In this document: positions 13,251 to 26,070 of the stretch, in pieces | Numbering within the stretch: the stretch's first letter is position 1 | How the letters are laid out: each line of letters opens with the position of its first letter | From: Callorhinchus milii | Taxonomy: Eukaryota | Direction of reading: 5' to 3' | Assembly: GCF_018977255.1 (NCBI RefSeq) | Contig: NW_024704742.1 | Coordinates: 5,334,001 to 5,398,000 of the forward strand | Length of the DNA: 64,000 nt | Notes under the pieces: generated by a model | Seen by the model: only the letters and a program-made list of their open reading frames with translations | The model's database searches: none | Told to the model about the DNA's origin: nothing | Program-made: the position numbers and the translations under genes

Positions 13251-14346
13251 CTTGAGTTTCTGTCTGTTACCCTCTGTTTTTGTTGGGTTAGCCAGGCAGA
13301 AACTCGTCAGCTCCTTATTCAAACCAGACTGAGAGTTCCAGGTATATACGCCACCTACAAACAGAATTGATTTGTGTCTGGAATCGAATGTGCACTCTCT
13401 TCCCTGGAGGGACACATTCTGCTTACCTAATTCTGGAGAGTATGGGGTGCAGGATGATGAGAGCCAAGGCACTGGGACCCCACCTTATAATAGAGCGATG
13501 AGGTTTCTATGGACAATAGGCTTCTTTCCTATCTTCTTTCTAAGATCATTCTGCTAACGTATTACCATTTCGCTGTTCAGCCGTGTCAAAGCTTTAAATC
13601 CCACCTTTGTTTGCTACACCTTTACTAATTAATCTCATTTTGTGAAGCGCTCAGATATTCTTTGTGGGAAAGGTGCTATGTAAATAGAAGCTGTTGTCAC
13701 TCGCTCTTCGTTTTCCAGCGACAGTATCAGGCGTGAAGCAGCTTCTGATAGCACTGAGTACGAGCTGACAGGAGGCAGATGTGCTGAGGCACAGAGATAC
13801 CGGATATGCTGAATACACTCGTGCTTTGTAGGAAGAGTTTCATTTGGCGTTGCCCTGTTATATGACTGCCCCCTGGGCAGAATGACTGGCTGCTTTGATT
13901 CTGGTGTTTGAGTAGATATTGTTCCGACTCTTACTGCTGGAACACAATATCCACATTTCCGTCGAGCTCCCTCTGTCCCTCTGATCTTCCTCTCATTATC
14001 TAAAGCAAAGTTTCTAACTGTGCCAGTTCTTTAAGACGGATACAAATTCACATTGGTCATTCAACCCACGACTGTTTTTGGGACGCTGCCGTGCGCAACT
14101 GGCTGCTGGGTTTTGCCCACGGTCAATCCACTTTACGGTATATCCTGCGAAGAGGTGCGGGTTCACTCTCGGGCTTTTCCCGGTTGACAATTGAAGGCTA
14201 AGACGGAGCTGCTCTTGTCCTGATTTTGAACAAGAAGCAATTAGAAAACCGGAAGTGTCAGCTTAAGGGAGGTCCAGCCTTTTGGGCGTCGAGGGCTGGA
14301 TACCACATTTGAGAACTGTCGGTCGTTCGCCTAAACCATATTTTTG

Positions 14347-14712
14347 TTTTTCTGTTCCAGAAACATAAATAATAATAAATAATCGTCGCACTTGATACAG
14401 CGCCTCATCACGTCTTCGAGACGTCTCAAAGCGCTCCACAGAATATACTGTAAAGTGAATTGACTGTGTATTTTTGTGGGCGAAACGCGGCGGCCAATTG
14501 CGCACAGCAGCGTCCCCACAAACAGTCGGGGGATTGAAGTGACCAATTTTTTTGTTGCTGAAGGAATCATTTCCCACAGAAAAGCGATCAGCCAATCGAC
14601 TAACAACCAGGTTCCTACTTACCGCTAGGTAAACAGAGGCGTGTGGAATAACGAAACTTGCCCAACTTTTCGCCCTGCTGGGAATCGAACCCAGGTCTTT
14701 CGCTTTCCGAGA
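14347..14712 (-). mobile_element. tRNA-derived SINE
   Basis: Same family consensus; box B present. Confidence 0.9.
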
Positions 14713-15774
14713 AACCTAGGCACCGAAAGACGCCAATCAATAATGGAATCGTTCCGCGGTAAATGAGGGGAAAGGGACTTAAAACCACTCTTGAAGAAGA
14801 GAGGGAAGCGGAGGGGAGAAAACCGAAAGGAGAGAAAAAAAAACCCAAGATATAATCAGGCTCCACCGCACAATATTTTCTGGCAGATAACTTGGGGTTA
14901 TTTTTTTTAACGTGGAAAATTGCCACATGTCACTTTGTGGTTGGCTGGGAAGTCGTCCAAACTATTGTTAAGCTGTCAGAATTTATCCAAGTTGCTGCAG
15001 AGAGAGAGAGAGAGAGAGAGAGAGGGGAAAAGAGCCCTGGGATCCTTCTGACAGTGGATTGGAAATCCTGTTGCTGGAATGAGGACAAATTATAAAGTTT
15101 CCAAGTAGTTGCGAGGAAGGGAAGGGGAGCTTGGTTTGTGGAAACAGTGAGATTTCTGTGCTACATTGCTTGATTTCCCCCTTGTGATTTCCTTGCTTTC
15201 TAGGGAAATCAGCCATGCGTTCATATGTTCTTGATCCTAACAGCTGTTGATTAATTGTGCCGTGCGGTCTAATGGGCGGTATTTCTTCATGAGGTTTGCG
15301 CAATCTGATTTGCACAAGTGGGAACAAGTCTTTTGGCCGTTGTCAGGAAGGCACACCAAGTCACTGGAACTCGAATTCGGAGTTGGAACGGTTTTGTAAG
15401 GAATCCCATTTTTGTTCAAAATAAAAAAAAGCACGGGTTACACCCCAATCCGATGACTAACTGCACCATAAGGAGACTACGGGGGCTAAGGATCAGAACG
15501 CGCAGTCCAGTTTTGGAACGCAATCTGTGCTAAATTGGATGTAGTCTTCTTGGCTGTTTCTTCCTCCCTGCTGCTCCTCAGAATGCCAAATATGTTTTGC
15601 CTGTCCAGAATTGGCCTTGTTTTCTGCTGCAACATCTGTGGAAACGGTCGTTGGTTTCTCCTGCTGGAGACTGGAAGGGGAATGGATGAAAACAAAGTCT
15701 CAATTGGCGTGCTAAGCATCCTATTTATTTTATTTACTTTATGCTGCTGTATTTCTGGTACTGCACGCGTTATT

Positions 15775-15975
15775 ATTCATAATAATAATAATCCTTGCAC
15801 TTGATATAGCGCCTTATCACGTCTTCGAGACGTCTCAAAGCGCTTCACAGAATATACTGTAAAGTGGATTGACTGTATATTTTGTGGGCGAAACCCGGCA
15901 GCCAATTGCACACAGCAGCGTCCCACAAACAGTCGTGGATTGAAGTGACCGAGGTATTATTGTTTTCTTTTTGAA
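15775..15975 (-). mobile_element. 5'-truncated SINE
   Basis: Core and tail only. Confidence 0.88.
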
Positions 15976-16695
15976 GGAGTTCTTCGTCTTCAACTATTAT
16001 TATTGTATTAGAGTGCCATGGGCAAACTAACTTGTATCTGTCCTGAATTTGCCCTCTGCAGCTCTAAACCCATCAATTTACTAGTTCATAATAGGATGAC
16101 GCCCAGCTTTAATCACAGCTGCAAAATTGTCGTGTCGAAAAAAGACTTGTTTCTGATCGATATTGGCAGAGCAAACAAAATAATCTGTACCGTTTCCATT
16201 GTCAGGTCTCTACCCTTCCCTGAACTGCAGGGATCCGTGGACAGTGATTGGGAGCACAGGTTCTTTACTGCGCTTCTCTGATCCAACTCTTGAAATTTGT
16301 ACATGTGCCACTGTACTATCGATGTTGCACGAAATTGGCCGCATATGTGTTTCCTTGGAAACGTTGCATCGACGTCTTGAGTTGGAGAGTGTGTTTCTGT
16401 AGCTGTGACAAACTAGGTGAGGCCATGTTATCCCCGTCGCTTCTCAGCCGGCTCTCAAAATACTTTGCGATGGCAGGATTACGCAGTGTCCTATTTTCGG
16501 AGTTGATTTTTTAAAAAAAAAAAACGTTGGGTGGGAGGAAACAGGCACCGAGGGGAGGTGAATGGTTTGGAACGGGACGATGCGAAAAGTGTGACTTGAT
16601 TATTTGGAGCGTGTTTTTTTTTTGGATCGGAAGTAAGAGGATCATTTCTATTCTAATATACGTGAGCAGATTCTCTGCACACGTCTATTATAAAG

Positions 16696-16732
<37 letters not shown>

Positions 16733-17774
16733 TGGAGGGGGTTAAGCCGGATGCATCAAGGGCAGCCATTTTGTCCGATTTAAGAGGTGTCCGAGTTTAA
16801 ACCAAATACCTTCCTCCTTCCCATTGCCGTTCCCATTGGACAGGAAGGGGATCCATTAACCGCGGCGCTGAGGTGATTGGCAGGTGGGAGCCGCTTGGGA
16901 TTGGATGGACACCACCGTGTCAGTCAATTCCCTCCCTTCCCCGTTCCTCCGCCCCCACCCACCCCCTCCACTAATTGACAGCCCAACTCCAGGGGTTTGT
17001 GAACGCCTGGAGTCCGCTGTCAATCGCAATTTGACCTCTTCCATCTACGTCCCAGAGCCCCTTCGTGGCTGAAGGCTCGGAGGCACAGAACGCCCGAGTG
17101 AGTGCATCCGGTGCTGCATTTTGCCTGAAGTGAACGGACGTTCATGCGAATTAACAAGTATATTTCCAACATTATTTACAACAGCTGATTCGGGGCCAGG
17201 CGCTTTTGGTGCGATTTACCAGACATCCAGGGGTTAGCCAGCGTCCAGCAAAATATATATGTTTTTGGGGTGTAACAAAGAGAGGGCAGCAAGCTCATTT
17301 AGCATGATAGGTTTTCAGATTTGAGTCGGGTGTGCGGAGCTCCCAACCGGGCTAGAGGGAGAAATGAGATAAATGGCCTTATTGCCGTTGTCACTGGCCC
17401 ACATCGGAGCCTGTGATGGAGGCTCAGGAAGTCACAGTGCTGGGACACGGTTGCAGGTGTTCAAGCCAGTTCCAGCACGGAACTCCCACCCGAAGAGGAC
17501 CCGGGGGCCAAATCAGCACTTTCCCAGTTGTGGGGAAGAAATAGCACTGCTCTTTAGCAGGCGGAAATCAGCCCCCCCGTAAAATTAAGATAGTCACTTC
17601 GATGTATCTCGTCCCCAGCGAGGACTTTACCACATCGTAGCTGGTGTGATGAGAGCTTCGCTTGACAGAGGGTCACGTGCGAGGCTTAATTTACAAACTG
17701 TTGTCGTCTTGAGAATTCCCTGCACTTAGCGTTGTCAGTTTTTGTTAGTGTGCGCATGGGTATTTGTTAATATT

Positions 17775-18102
17775 GATAATAATAATAATCCTTGCATTGG
17801 ATAGAGCGCCTCATCACATCTTACAGACGTCTCAAAGCGCTTCACAGAATATACCGTAAAGCGAATTGTGGGCGAAAGGCGGCAGTCAATTGCGCACAGC
17901 GGTGTCCACATAAACCGTCGTGGATTGAGCGACCACATTTTTTATTTTTATATATTTTTTTGAAGGGATTATTACCCCGAAAAAGTGATCCGCCAATCGA
18001 CTAAACAGCTGGCTTCCTACGTACTGCTAGGTAAACAGAGGCGTGCGGAGTAAGGAAACTTCCCTAACTTTTTGCCCTGCCCAGGAACCCAACCCAGGTC
18101 TC
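17775..18102 (-). mobile_element. tRNA-derived SINE
   Basis: Same family. Confidence 0.88.
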
Positions 18103-18619
18103 CAATACGTTACAGGCCTCCAATTACCTCTGTATGGAAAGGTGATTGCACTAATTTCTGATGATGGAGTGGGGAGGGGTTTGGAGTGGAGGAGGGAGAG
18201 AGAAAGGAATCACTAAGTGTATGGTGTGCGTCAGGAGCGCAGGGCTATGAGATTAGCTGTCACAAGGGCTGTCTCTCTTTCAGTTTGAAGGCAAAGTCAC
18301 TTTATAGCTCAGAGATTCTGCGGAAGATTAATATTTCGCACTTAACCCTCCCAGTTACATTGCTTGTTAAGCACAACCCTTTTTAAGCACAACCCTTCCC
18401 CCTGCTCACTTCCTAATGGTAAAAAGACGCCAAGGTTTAAAGGTGACATAGTAGTTCTTTGTTGGAGTCCACTGGTAGTGGACGGCACTGGGTTTTGCCC
18501 CCAAGTACCTAGTACTGAACTGGGTGCCTTAAAATAGAACATTGTGAACATGGAGTGGCCATCTTGTCTTTTATGGGGGGAAAGAAATACAATATTTCAC
18601 TATTTCCTTCACTGTCCTT

Positions 18620-18865
18620 CAGCCTGGCTGAGTTATTAAGGCTCTTGCCTCAAAAGCTTGTGGGTTCAAGCCCCACGTTAGGTTTTGAACTCACATAGTT
18701 TATGCTGACACTCCAATGCAGTGCTGGGGGGGGTGTGTTTCATTGTCGGAGGTGCCGTGCTTCAGGTTAGACGTTAAACCCAGGTCCCGTCTGCCTGTTC
18801 AGGTGGACGTTAAAGATCCCGTGGCACTGTTCGAAGAGCAAAGGGAATTTCACCTGGTGTCCCAG
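18620..18865 (+). mobile_element. Older Deu-domain SINE, 5' part; related fragments near 33120-33260 (+), 39255-39460 (-), 44960-45200 (+), 57790-58030 (-) and 59510-59650 (-)
   Basis: gtgggttcaagcccca...gctgacactccaatgcagtgctg...tcaggtggacgttaaagatcccgtggcact. Confidence 0.78.
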
Positions 18866-19919
18866 AGGAGGGACGTTAGAGGAAGGGAAAGCCAAAAGTA
18901 TACGTGATCGTATTTGGTAATGTTTATGTCACCGAGTACCAAAGCCAACCAAACAAACCTGTGGTGAGAAGCTCTTGCATTTCCATATCTATACATCATT
19001 TGCAGGGAAATTCTGTCAGCCTGACTCGGTTGGTAGCACTTGTGCCTTTAAGTCAGAAGGTTGTGGGTATAAATATAACGCAGCCACTAACAGATTTCAA
19101 GGGAAACTTTTGCGTTGTACAGTTCATGTAATTCTATGTAAACCTGTTAAGAAATACTGCACGTTAGACCTGGCCGGGGGGGGGGGGGGTTAGATATTTG
19201 TTGTACTATCCTGTATTTTGTATAAATGTAACTAAAGCAAGTTAAGAAAATGTAATCTGAAGCTGCATGAAATAATTTTACAGACTGATGCACCTTACAG
19301 ATTAATACGCTGGGGTTATTTGTTTAGTTGCCCCCTGACTCAGAGGACGAGACATTGAATTATAAATCAGTAAACAAGAGCGTCACAATAAAGCCTGAGT
19401 AAAGTGTGGCTTTGAGGTCCGTTGCCTTATGTTTGGTGTCCCCCACCCTACCAATAGGCTATTGGGATAGACCGCTGCAAATGGGCACGAATGAGAAAAG
19501 TTGCTGTACAGTGTTCTGGTTTGTGCCAAATTACGGTGACCCGATTCCTTCCCTTTCACGGCACTCTTTTGTCCCATCACTGCGTCGTCGACCATCTGCT
19601 AATTCTGCTCTGCAGAAATTGGTGTTGGTTCTCCTCCGACTTTCATTAAGAGATCAATAGCAGATGTAATTAAAATGAAATCTGAGACGTTAAACTTCTT
19701 CATAGAAACCGCAGTGCCATCATCTGACCAAAAGCGTCTTTTTTTTTTAAAAAAATAGCACGCCAGATGCTTTTCGGTTTATAATTACAAAGCCTTTCAC
19801 ATAATGTACCCACATTTTTTTTTTTTAGCGTGACCTCGTTTGATCAAGATTTCCAGGGAAGTCAGGACTAATAACTTATGGTTATCCGTATTACTTCAAT
19901 AACAAAGGTGACTTAAGAC

Positions 19920-20373
19920 ACAACAACAACAACAAGATTCCATTTATTGAGCGCCTTTCACGTCGGGAGGACGTCCCAAAACGCTGGACAGTTGGGTCAG
20001 GACCCGAGCATTGGGGGGAAATGGTCAGAGTGAGGGGAGGGAAGGGAGGGAGCGAGGAGGGGGTAGAGAGTCGAGGGGGAGCTGAAGGCTCGGTCAAAGA
20101 GAAAGGTTTTGAGACCGGCCTTGAAGGAGGAAAGGGAGGAAGCGGCGAAGGCACTGGGGGATAGAGTTCCAGAGCTGAGAGGCTGAAGGCCCGACCACCG
20201 ATGGTAGGGCGGTTGGGGCGGGGGATGTGGAGCAGACCGGAGCCAGAGGAACGGAGGGTACGGGCAGGTAGGTAGGGGGATAGTAGGTCGGAGAGGTAGG
20301 AGGGAGCGAGGCCGTGGATAGCCTTGTAGGTGAGGATGAGGATCTTGAATTCGAGTCTCTGTCTGTTCCGCAC
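19920..20373 (-). mobile_element. Young L2 LINE 3' end
   Basis: FKILILTYKAIHGLAPSYLSDLL...RTLRSS...GGRAFS is the L2 ORF2 C-terminus; (TTG)n tail. Confidence 0.94.
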
Positions 20374-21800
20374 TGCTCCTTAAGGCCTTATTTCAGTGGC
20401 CCTGAATTTGTGGTGAAGGTTTGTTTGGATACGGCATTGATCCTTTTGCTAGCAGTGCTTTTAAATAGTCTCTGAAAGCGCTGCCTTTAAAAACTGGCGA
20501 GTTCTTAACCATCAGCTGTTGTACAGTAACGAACAGGTATTATACATTAAAAGGGATTTTTTTTGGGGGGGAGTCAACCAGGTGTCGGTTGACCTCCTGC
20601 GCGTAGAAATCCCAGAGATAGATTGTTGGAATGGACTCCGCACCCTCTCCCTGGAGGAACGCATCCTGTTTACCTAATTCTGGAAATTATTAGATAAGAG
20701 CCAAGCCTTGGGAACCCGAGAGTGTTTGTCGGGGGTGACTGCTGGATTGGAGCCAGCAAAAACCGCACAGCTTGCCATCGATATGACTGTCTGGCAAGCT
20801 TTCCCGCTGCGTGTCGTTCATGATTCACGCGCGAGGGAGAAGGGAATAGGGAGGGGGATTAGGATGGGCGGGTTAGGATGGTTTGGAGGCACTGGTGATG
20901 TCTGTTCGGATACTGTCCTGTGTGTGTAACAAAACACTTCCCGAGAGCCACGCTTGCAACGAGAAGCTTACGTTGACCGGGGTCTGTTTTAGTCCAGGTT
21001 CAAATTGCAACCCTTGCGCTGTACGCTGTTGCTGAGTACAAGGTACACAGTTACTCCGGAGCACTGCAGCCGCAGCAACCTGTAGTACGACTGTCCTCTT
21101 TAGCTGTGGTCAGGGATCGCAGTTTGTATCTTCTTCGTGAGACAATCTTGCTTTTTTTTAAAAAAAAATAGACAAAAAAATGTGCAACCTACCAGCAATT
21201 AGGTCAATGTATTAATTTCCCTGCGGTTGGGTTTGAACGTACCCGGAGCCTGATTGGAAGTGACCTACAGTCGCTTTCAGCTGGTATATCCCATTACAGT
21301 CTGGGTGATGAGAAGCGTCGGGTTACGGACTCTCCCAGTTCACTAAGTGTCTTTCGAGCCTAGGTAGGGAGTAATTGATCCTTAACCCCTTTTTGAGAAG
21401 AAGTATCGATTGTCGCTGACCCTATAAAACGCACGGTGTACTGTATATTTGTCATTCAGATGGAAGGAGGGTTCTCCGTCACTCCTCTGCTGGGCGGGAA
21501 GAAGTAATGGAACTTCAGTTGACCTCGGACGCCACTTAAGACGGACAGAACGGCTGGCCCCGATGTGTCCGGCTTAACCGGCTTCCACTGTACCCCTACT
21601 TCCGAAGCCATCTGGGACAGTGCACCATTGCTCAGTCTCACAACACTTAACTGTTTTCTGATCTCATGTCTCGGTCTGCTCTTGAGGAGATGTCTCTCCC
21701 GAGGTCTCCCATTTCCTCTGCCAGATTGAGGAGTCAATCGCTATCAAGCTGTGAAAATTCCGTTCCTTGTTTTAAACACCTCAGTCAGGTTACCTGTAGT

Positions 21801-22100
21801 GGAGTTCTGCAGCGTAGTGGTCGGAGCACTCGTCTCGCAAGCGAGAGGACCCGGGTTCGATTCCCGGGCAGGGCGAAACCTTGGACAACCCGGTTATTAG
21901 TCGATTGACGGGTTACTTTCCTGGGGCAATAATACAAAAAAAAGCAGTTACTCAATCCACGACTGCTGTGCGCAATTGGCTGCTACGTTTCGGCCACAAA
22001 ATATACATTCAATTCACTTCACAGTATATTCTGTGAAGCGCTTTGAGACGTCTCGATGACGTGATAAGGCGCTATATCAAATGCAAAGATTATTATTATT
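21801..22100 (+). mobile_element. tRNA-derived SINE with internal deletions
   Basis: ggagttctgcagcgtagtgg...ggttcgattccc head; (ATT)n tail. Confidence 0.9.
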
Positions 22101-22829
22101 ACCTACTGTGTAATCTCTTCTACACTAGGGATGGCCCAGTTTCTCATTAGAGGTAAATCCCTTCATCCCAAATATTACTCTAGTGAACCATGACTGAACA
22201 CTTGAATCCTTCGTAAGAGCAGAATATTCTGGGGAAAAAAAAGTCTGAGCCATGCTATAAACTTTTAATGTGCTTTTATATTCTAATCCACTTAATTGTA
22301 GCTGTTATCTCTCATGTGGAACTTTATCAAAGGGCTTCTGAAAATCCATATAAACCATTTTTAATCAATCCTCCTTCATTACCTCAGTTATAGATCAAAG
22401 AACTCCATTTGCTTAGTCAGTGAGATCTATGTTTTACAAACCCATTCTGACATTCCCTGATCAGTTCATATTTATCTATAACCATAGTTACTTACTCTGT
22501 ACCTTCCGATGAATTCTAGTAATTTTCACCTGCGAAGCACACAGCCAAACAATTACAGTACATCCTGTGAAGCGCTTTGAGACATCTCGATGACGTGATA
22601 AGGCGCTATATCAAAGGCAAGGATTCTTAACAGATGTTAAATACGGTGGTTTACGAGTTACTGTACAATGCCGCTCAGCTACAAAGCTCTTGTCTGGGTC
22701 CAATATCTCAGAGACGGTGTTGTAACGAAAAAAAATGTTTTCCAGGTTGGTGGGTCATTGCTGAGTGGGTTGGTGGGTCTTGTGTCCCACTGGCGGGTGG
22801 GTCGGTAACCCCGAGGACGCCGATTTAAA

Positions 22830-23100
22830 ATAGTTATTGAAGGAAGCAGAGGGGAGGTGAGGTGAAATTTTTTTCACACAGCGAGTTGTTCGGATCTGGA
22901 ATGCATTGCCTGGAAGGGTGGTGGAAGCCGCTTCGATTATAACTTTTAGGAGAGAAGTAGATAATTATTTGGGGAGGTCAAGTTTGCAGGGCTATAGGGA
23001 GAGAACGGGGGAGTGGGATTGAATTGGATAGCTCTTTTCAAAGAGCCAGCGCAGACACGATGGGCCGAATGGCCTCCTTCTGTGCTATGTAGTTGTCTGA
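22830..23100 (+). mobile_element. CR1 LINE 3' end
   Basis: FFTQRVVRIWNALP peptide; gatgggccgaatggcctccttctgtgct tail. Confidence 0.88.
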
Positions 23101-24752
23101 ATCTCGAAGAGTAAAGTTCAGAGAGTGAGAGAGAGAGACTTGCATTTTATAAAGACTATAATCCCAAAATGTCTCACAGTAATTCACACTAATTACTGTC
23201 AAATGTAGTGATTGCCGTTCGGGCAACAGCCAATTTCTGCACAGCAAAGGCCCCATGAACAGCCACGAGGTTAACTTGCGATTGAACCGGAGGATTCAAT
23301 CCTTGTCGCTCGCTCACGAGTGCCTACGGTTCTACACCTCGGAGCGCAGTAAATAAAGCTTTGCTGACTGGATTGATCTGCCGGGGAACTGGGTGCAGAG
23401 CAGATACAAAGAGGCGATGGCACAGCGAGACGCTGCAGGACACAGAAGGAGCTCGCGGGTCATACGTCAGCTGAAAGAAGCGCGTGCTTCTAATATAAAT
23501 AATTTAGCACGCGTCGTATTTTATGCTGTGAAGTTGTGTAGCTTTATTCGGCAAACTGCAAAGATGCTCTGGATTTGATGGGCTGTAGACAATTGCTGTA
23601 TTTTAAAGCAAGGGGAACTCTCATAGCCTTGATTTAATGATGACGACTTGTATTCACATAGCACCCTTCACGTGGGAAAGCGTCCCAGAGCGCTTTACAG
23701 TGGCGGGGTCTGATCCCGAGCCAGGGGGAGAGGAAGTTGGGAGGTGACCATAAGCACGATCAAAAGAGAAGGTCTTTTATTGCGGGATTTGAAAGTGAGG
23801 AGGGAAGGGATTGAGGAAGACGGTTCCAGAGCTTTGGGGCGTAGTGGCCAAAAACACGCATTTAAGCACACAAAAAATTATAGGTTCCTCTTTGAATTCA
23901 CTGCTAACAAAAATCGCACAGCCTCCAGCCTCTCCAATGTGGTGAGGTGTGGGAAACTGTGGGCCTGGAACTGAATGCTGAGCTGAACAGGAAGGAGGTA
24001 TTGCTTGTCATATGGTTCCCCACATAGTATATGTGGGGAGGGGAGGTGGGAGGAATCTGATTGCTGGGCTTAATGTGAGAGGTGATTTCAAGCCTCATTG
24101 AAACCTATTGCGAGACCCGGCAGTGAATCGGTCATTGTGCTCAGCGGAGAGAAGAGAATAAATCTGCCGATTGCTGGCGATCTGAAATAACACCAGAACG
24201 CTAGAGATGGCCGGCAAGTTGCTCAGCACGTGAAAGAGGAAGCTAGTCCGGCTGACGTTGGCTCAGGTGGAGCCCTTCAATCAGAGCTGAAGGCTCACGC
24301 TTGAAACGTTAACAACCACAACACCACCACCAACAACAACGCAAATTACATTTGTGGACAACAACCACAGCTTGTGTTTATATAGCGTCTTTCATGTGGG
24401 GTAGTGCCCCACAGCGCTTCACAGTAGCGAAGCCTGACAACGAGCCAAGGGGAGAGGGAGAGGGAAGGGATAGAGCCTTTCATGCCGAGAGGATGTCCCA
24501 AGGTGTTGGATAGTCCAGGATTTACACCCAAGCTGGGGGTTGGGATCTGGAGGGTTGGGAAGGGTATAGGGATAGGAGGGTGACCGAAGGCGAGGTCGAA
24601 GGGGAAGGGTGTTGAGTCGGACCTTGAAGGGAGGGGGCGAGGCGAAGGGGCTATTGGATGGAGATCCGAAGGGTGGGCTAGAAAGTCTGAAGGCCTGAGC
24701 GCCGATGGTGGTCTTTAACCTGCGATTAAGTTGAACCTTAATCCTGCACGTG

Positions 24753-25075
24753 GAGACTTGTAGCGTATAGGTTAGAGCACTCTCCTCGCAAGCGAGAGGA
24801 CCTGGATTCGATTCCCAGGCAGGGTGAAATGTCAAGAAAATTTCCTTACTCCACATGCCTCTAGCAGTGGGTTACGAACACTGTAATAATCCCTTCAAAA
24901 AGAATAATAATAATAATAATAAATTGGTCACTCAATCCACAACTGCTTGCAGGACGCTGCCGTGTTTTTCCCACAAAACATCCAGTCAATTCACTTTACA
25001 GTGAAGCATTTTGAGACGTCCCGAAGACGTGATAAGGCGCTGTATCAAATGCAAAAGGTTATTATTATTATTATA
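24753..25075 (+). mobile_element. tRNA-derived SINE
   Basis: Head, core and tail present; head-to-head with an L2 3' fragment. Confidence 0.88.
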
Positions 25076-25682
25076 ACCTGTAATCTATCTCTCTTGTCTG
25101 CTGATTGACCTGCTGTGTGCTTGTTAGTTGTAGTTGGGCACATCATTCTTCTTAATAATAAAATAAATTGGCCTTTCTCATTCTCTCCTGAAGACACTTG
25201 CTCATACTCGAGTTTGGATTTCGCTGGAACATCATCCAAATCTCTTTGGATCATCATTCAGTGGTTCATGTTCAGTTTGGAATTGTAGCACTTGGGGTGC
25301 AAGACTTTTGAGATGCATGACCTTTATCGTGGTTTAAAATTTTAAGAACAATCAACGAGATTGTCTCCAAGTCCTTATCTGTGTAGATTAACTTACTGAG
25401 CCAACAGTCTCATACCGGTATCATATAGAGCAGATGGTGTCCACGTGTCAGGTTCAAGAGTGGGAATGGACCACGGTAGAGTGGCACTTGCCCAAACTAA
25501 TACTTATCAGCTGCTCAATTGTGATAAACCGTGTGATGCATTGGAATACCATCGTGGATGTGTTTTACGCCTGGGATTGAGAAAGCTGCCTCATCCCGTG
25601 TTGCTGGTTCCCCAGCTGCCCTTCAGAGCATGATTGTGATCCAATTGAACCAACCGTTGTCCATATTATTTGTGTTTTCCAG

Positions 25683-25733
25683 TTGCTGGGAATCGCCTTT
25701 CTAGGCGTGGGACTCTGGGCGTGGAGTGAAAAG
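25683..25733 (+). CDS. TSPAN5: Tetraspanin-5 (TspanC8) coding exon 2, 51 nt: LLGIAFLGVGLWAWSEK
   Basis: ttttccag| acceptor and |gtaaat donor; the TM1-end peptide matches TSPAN5/17 GLWAWxEK; phase 0/0. Confidence 0.93.
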
Positions 25734-25764
25734 GTAAATCAAATGGAATCCTGTGACTCTACAT

Positions 25765-26070
25765 GTACGTGTGTAGTTTTCTGTGTGGGTGCGTGTATAG
25801 TTTGGGTATCGATTTGTTGCATGTATTGTGCGTGTGTGTGTAGGTTTTTTTGTATGATTTTTGTGCGTGTGTGTATTAGATAGGTTTTTTGTATGTTGTG
25901 TGTGTGTAATTTTCTGCACGTGTACGCTCTGGGTGACTGTGTGTGTGTCGTTTGTATGAGCAGTTTTCAAAGTCTGCGTATAGTGTGTGTGTATGTATGT
26001 GCAGTTTTTTTTCATACGTTTGTATAGTGTGTACGTGCAGTTATTTATGTGCGTATCAGTGTATTATTTT
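25765..26070. repeat. Degenerate GT/T-rich low-complexity tract just after TSPAN5 exon 2
   Basis: Visible (GT)n-derived sequence. Confidence 0.9.

Noticed and set aside
19891..20373. 160-aa ORF, and the RT-like ORFs at 41237-41749, 45407-46199 and 47512-48057
   Set aside because: These are truncated, frameshifted L2 and CR1 ORF2 fragments, not host genes or intact autonomous elements.
1..25682. TSPAN5 exon 1 (MSGKH...CCIKY-like) or a promoter
   Set aside because: I found no such peptide; the region appears to be part of a long first intron with exon 1 upstream of the window.
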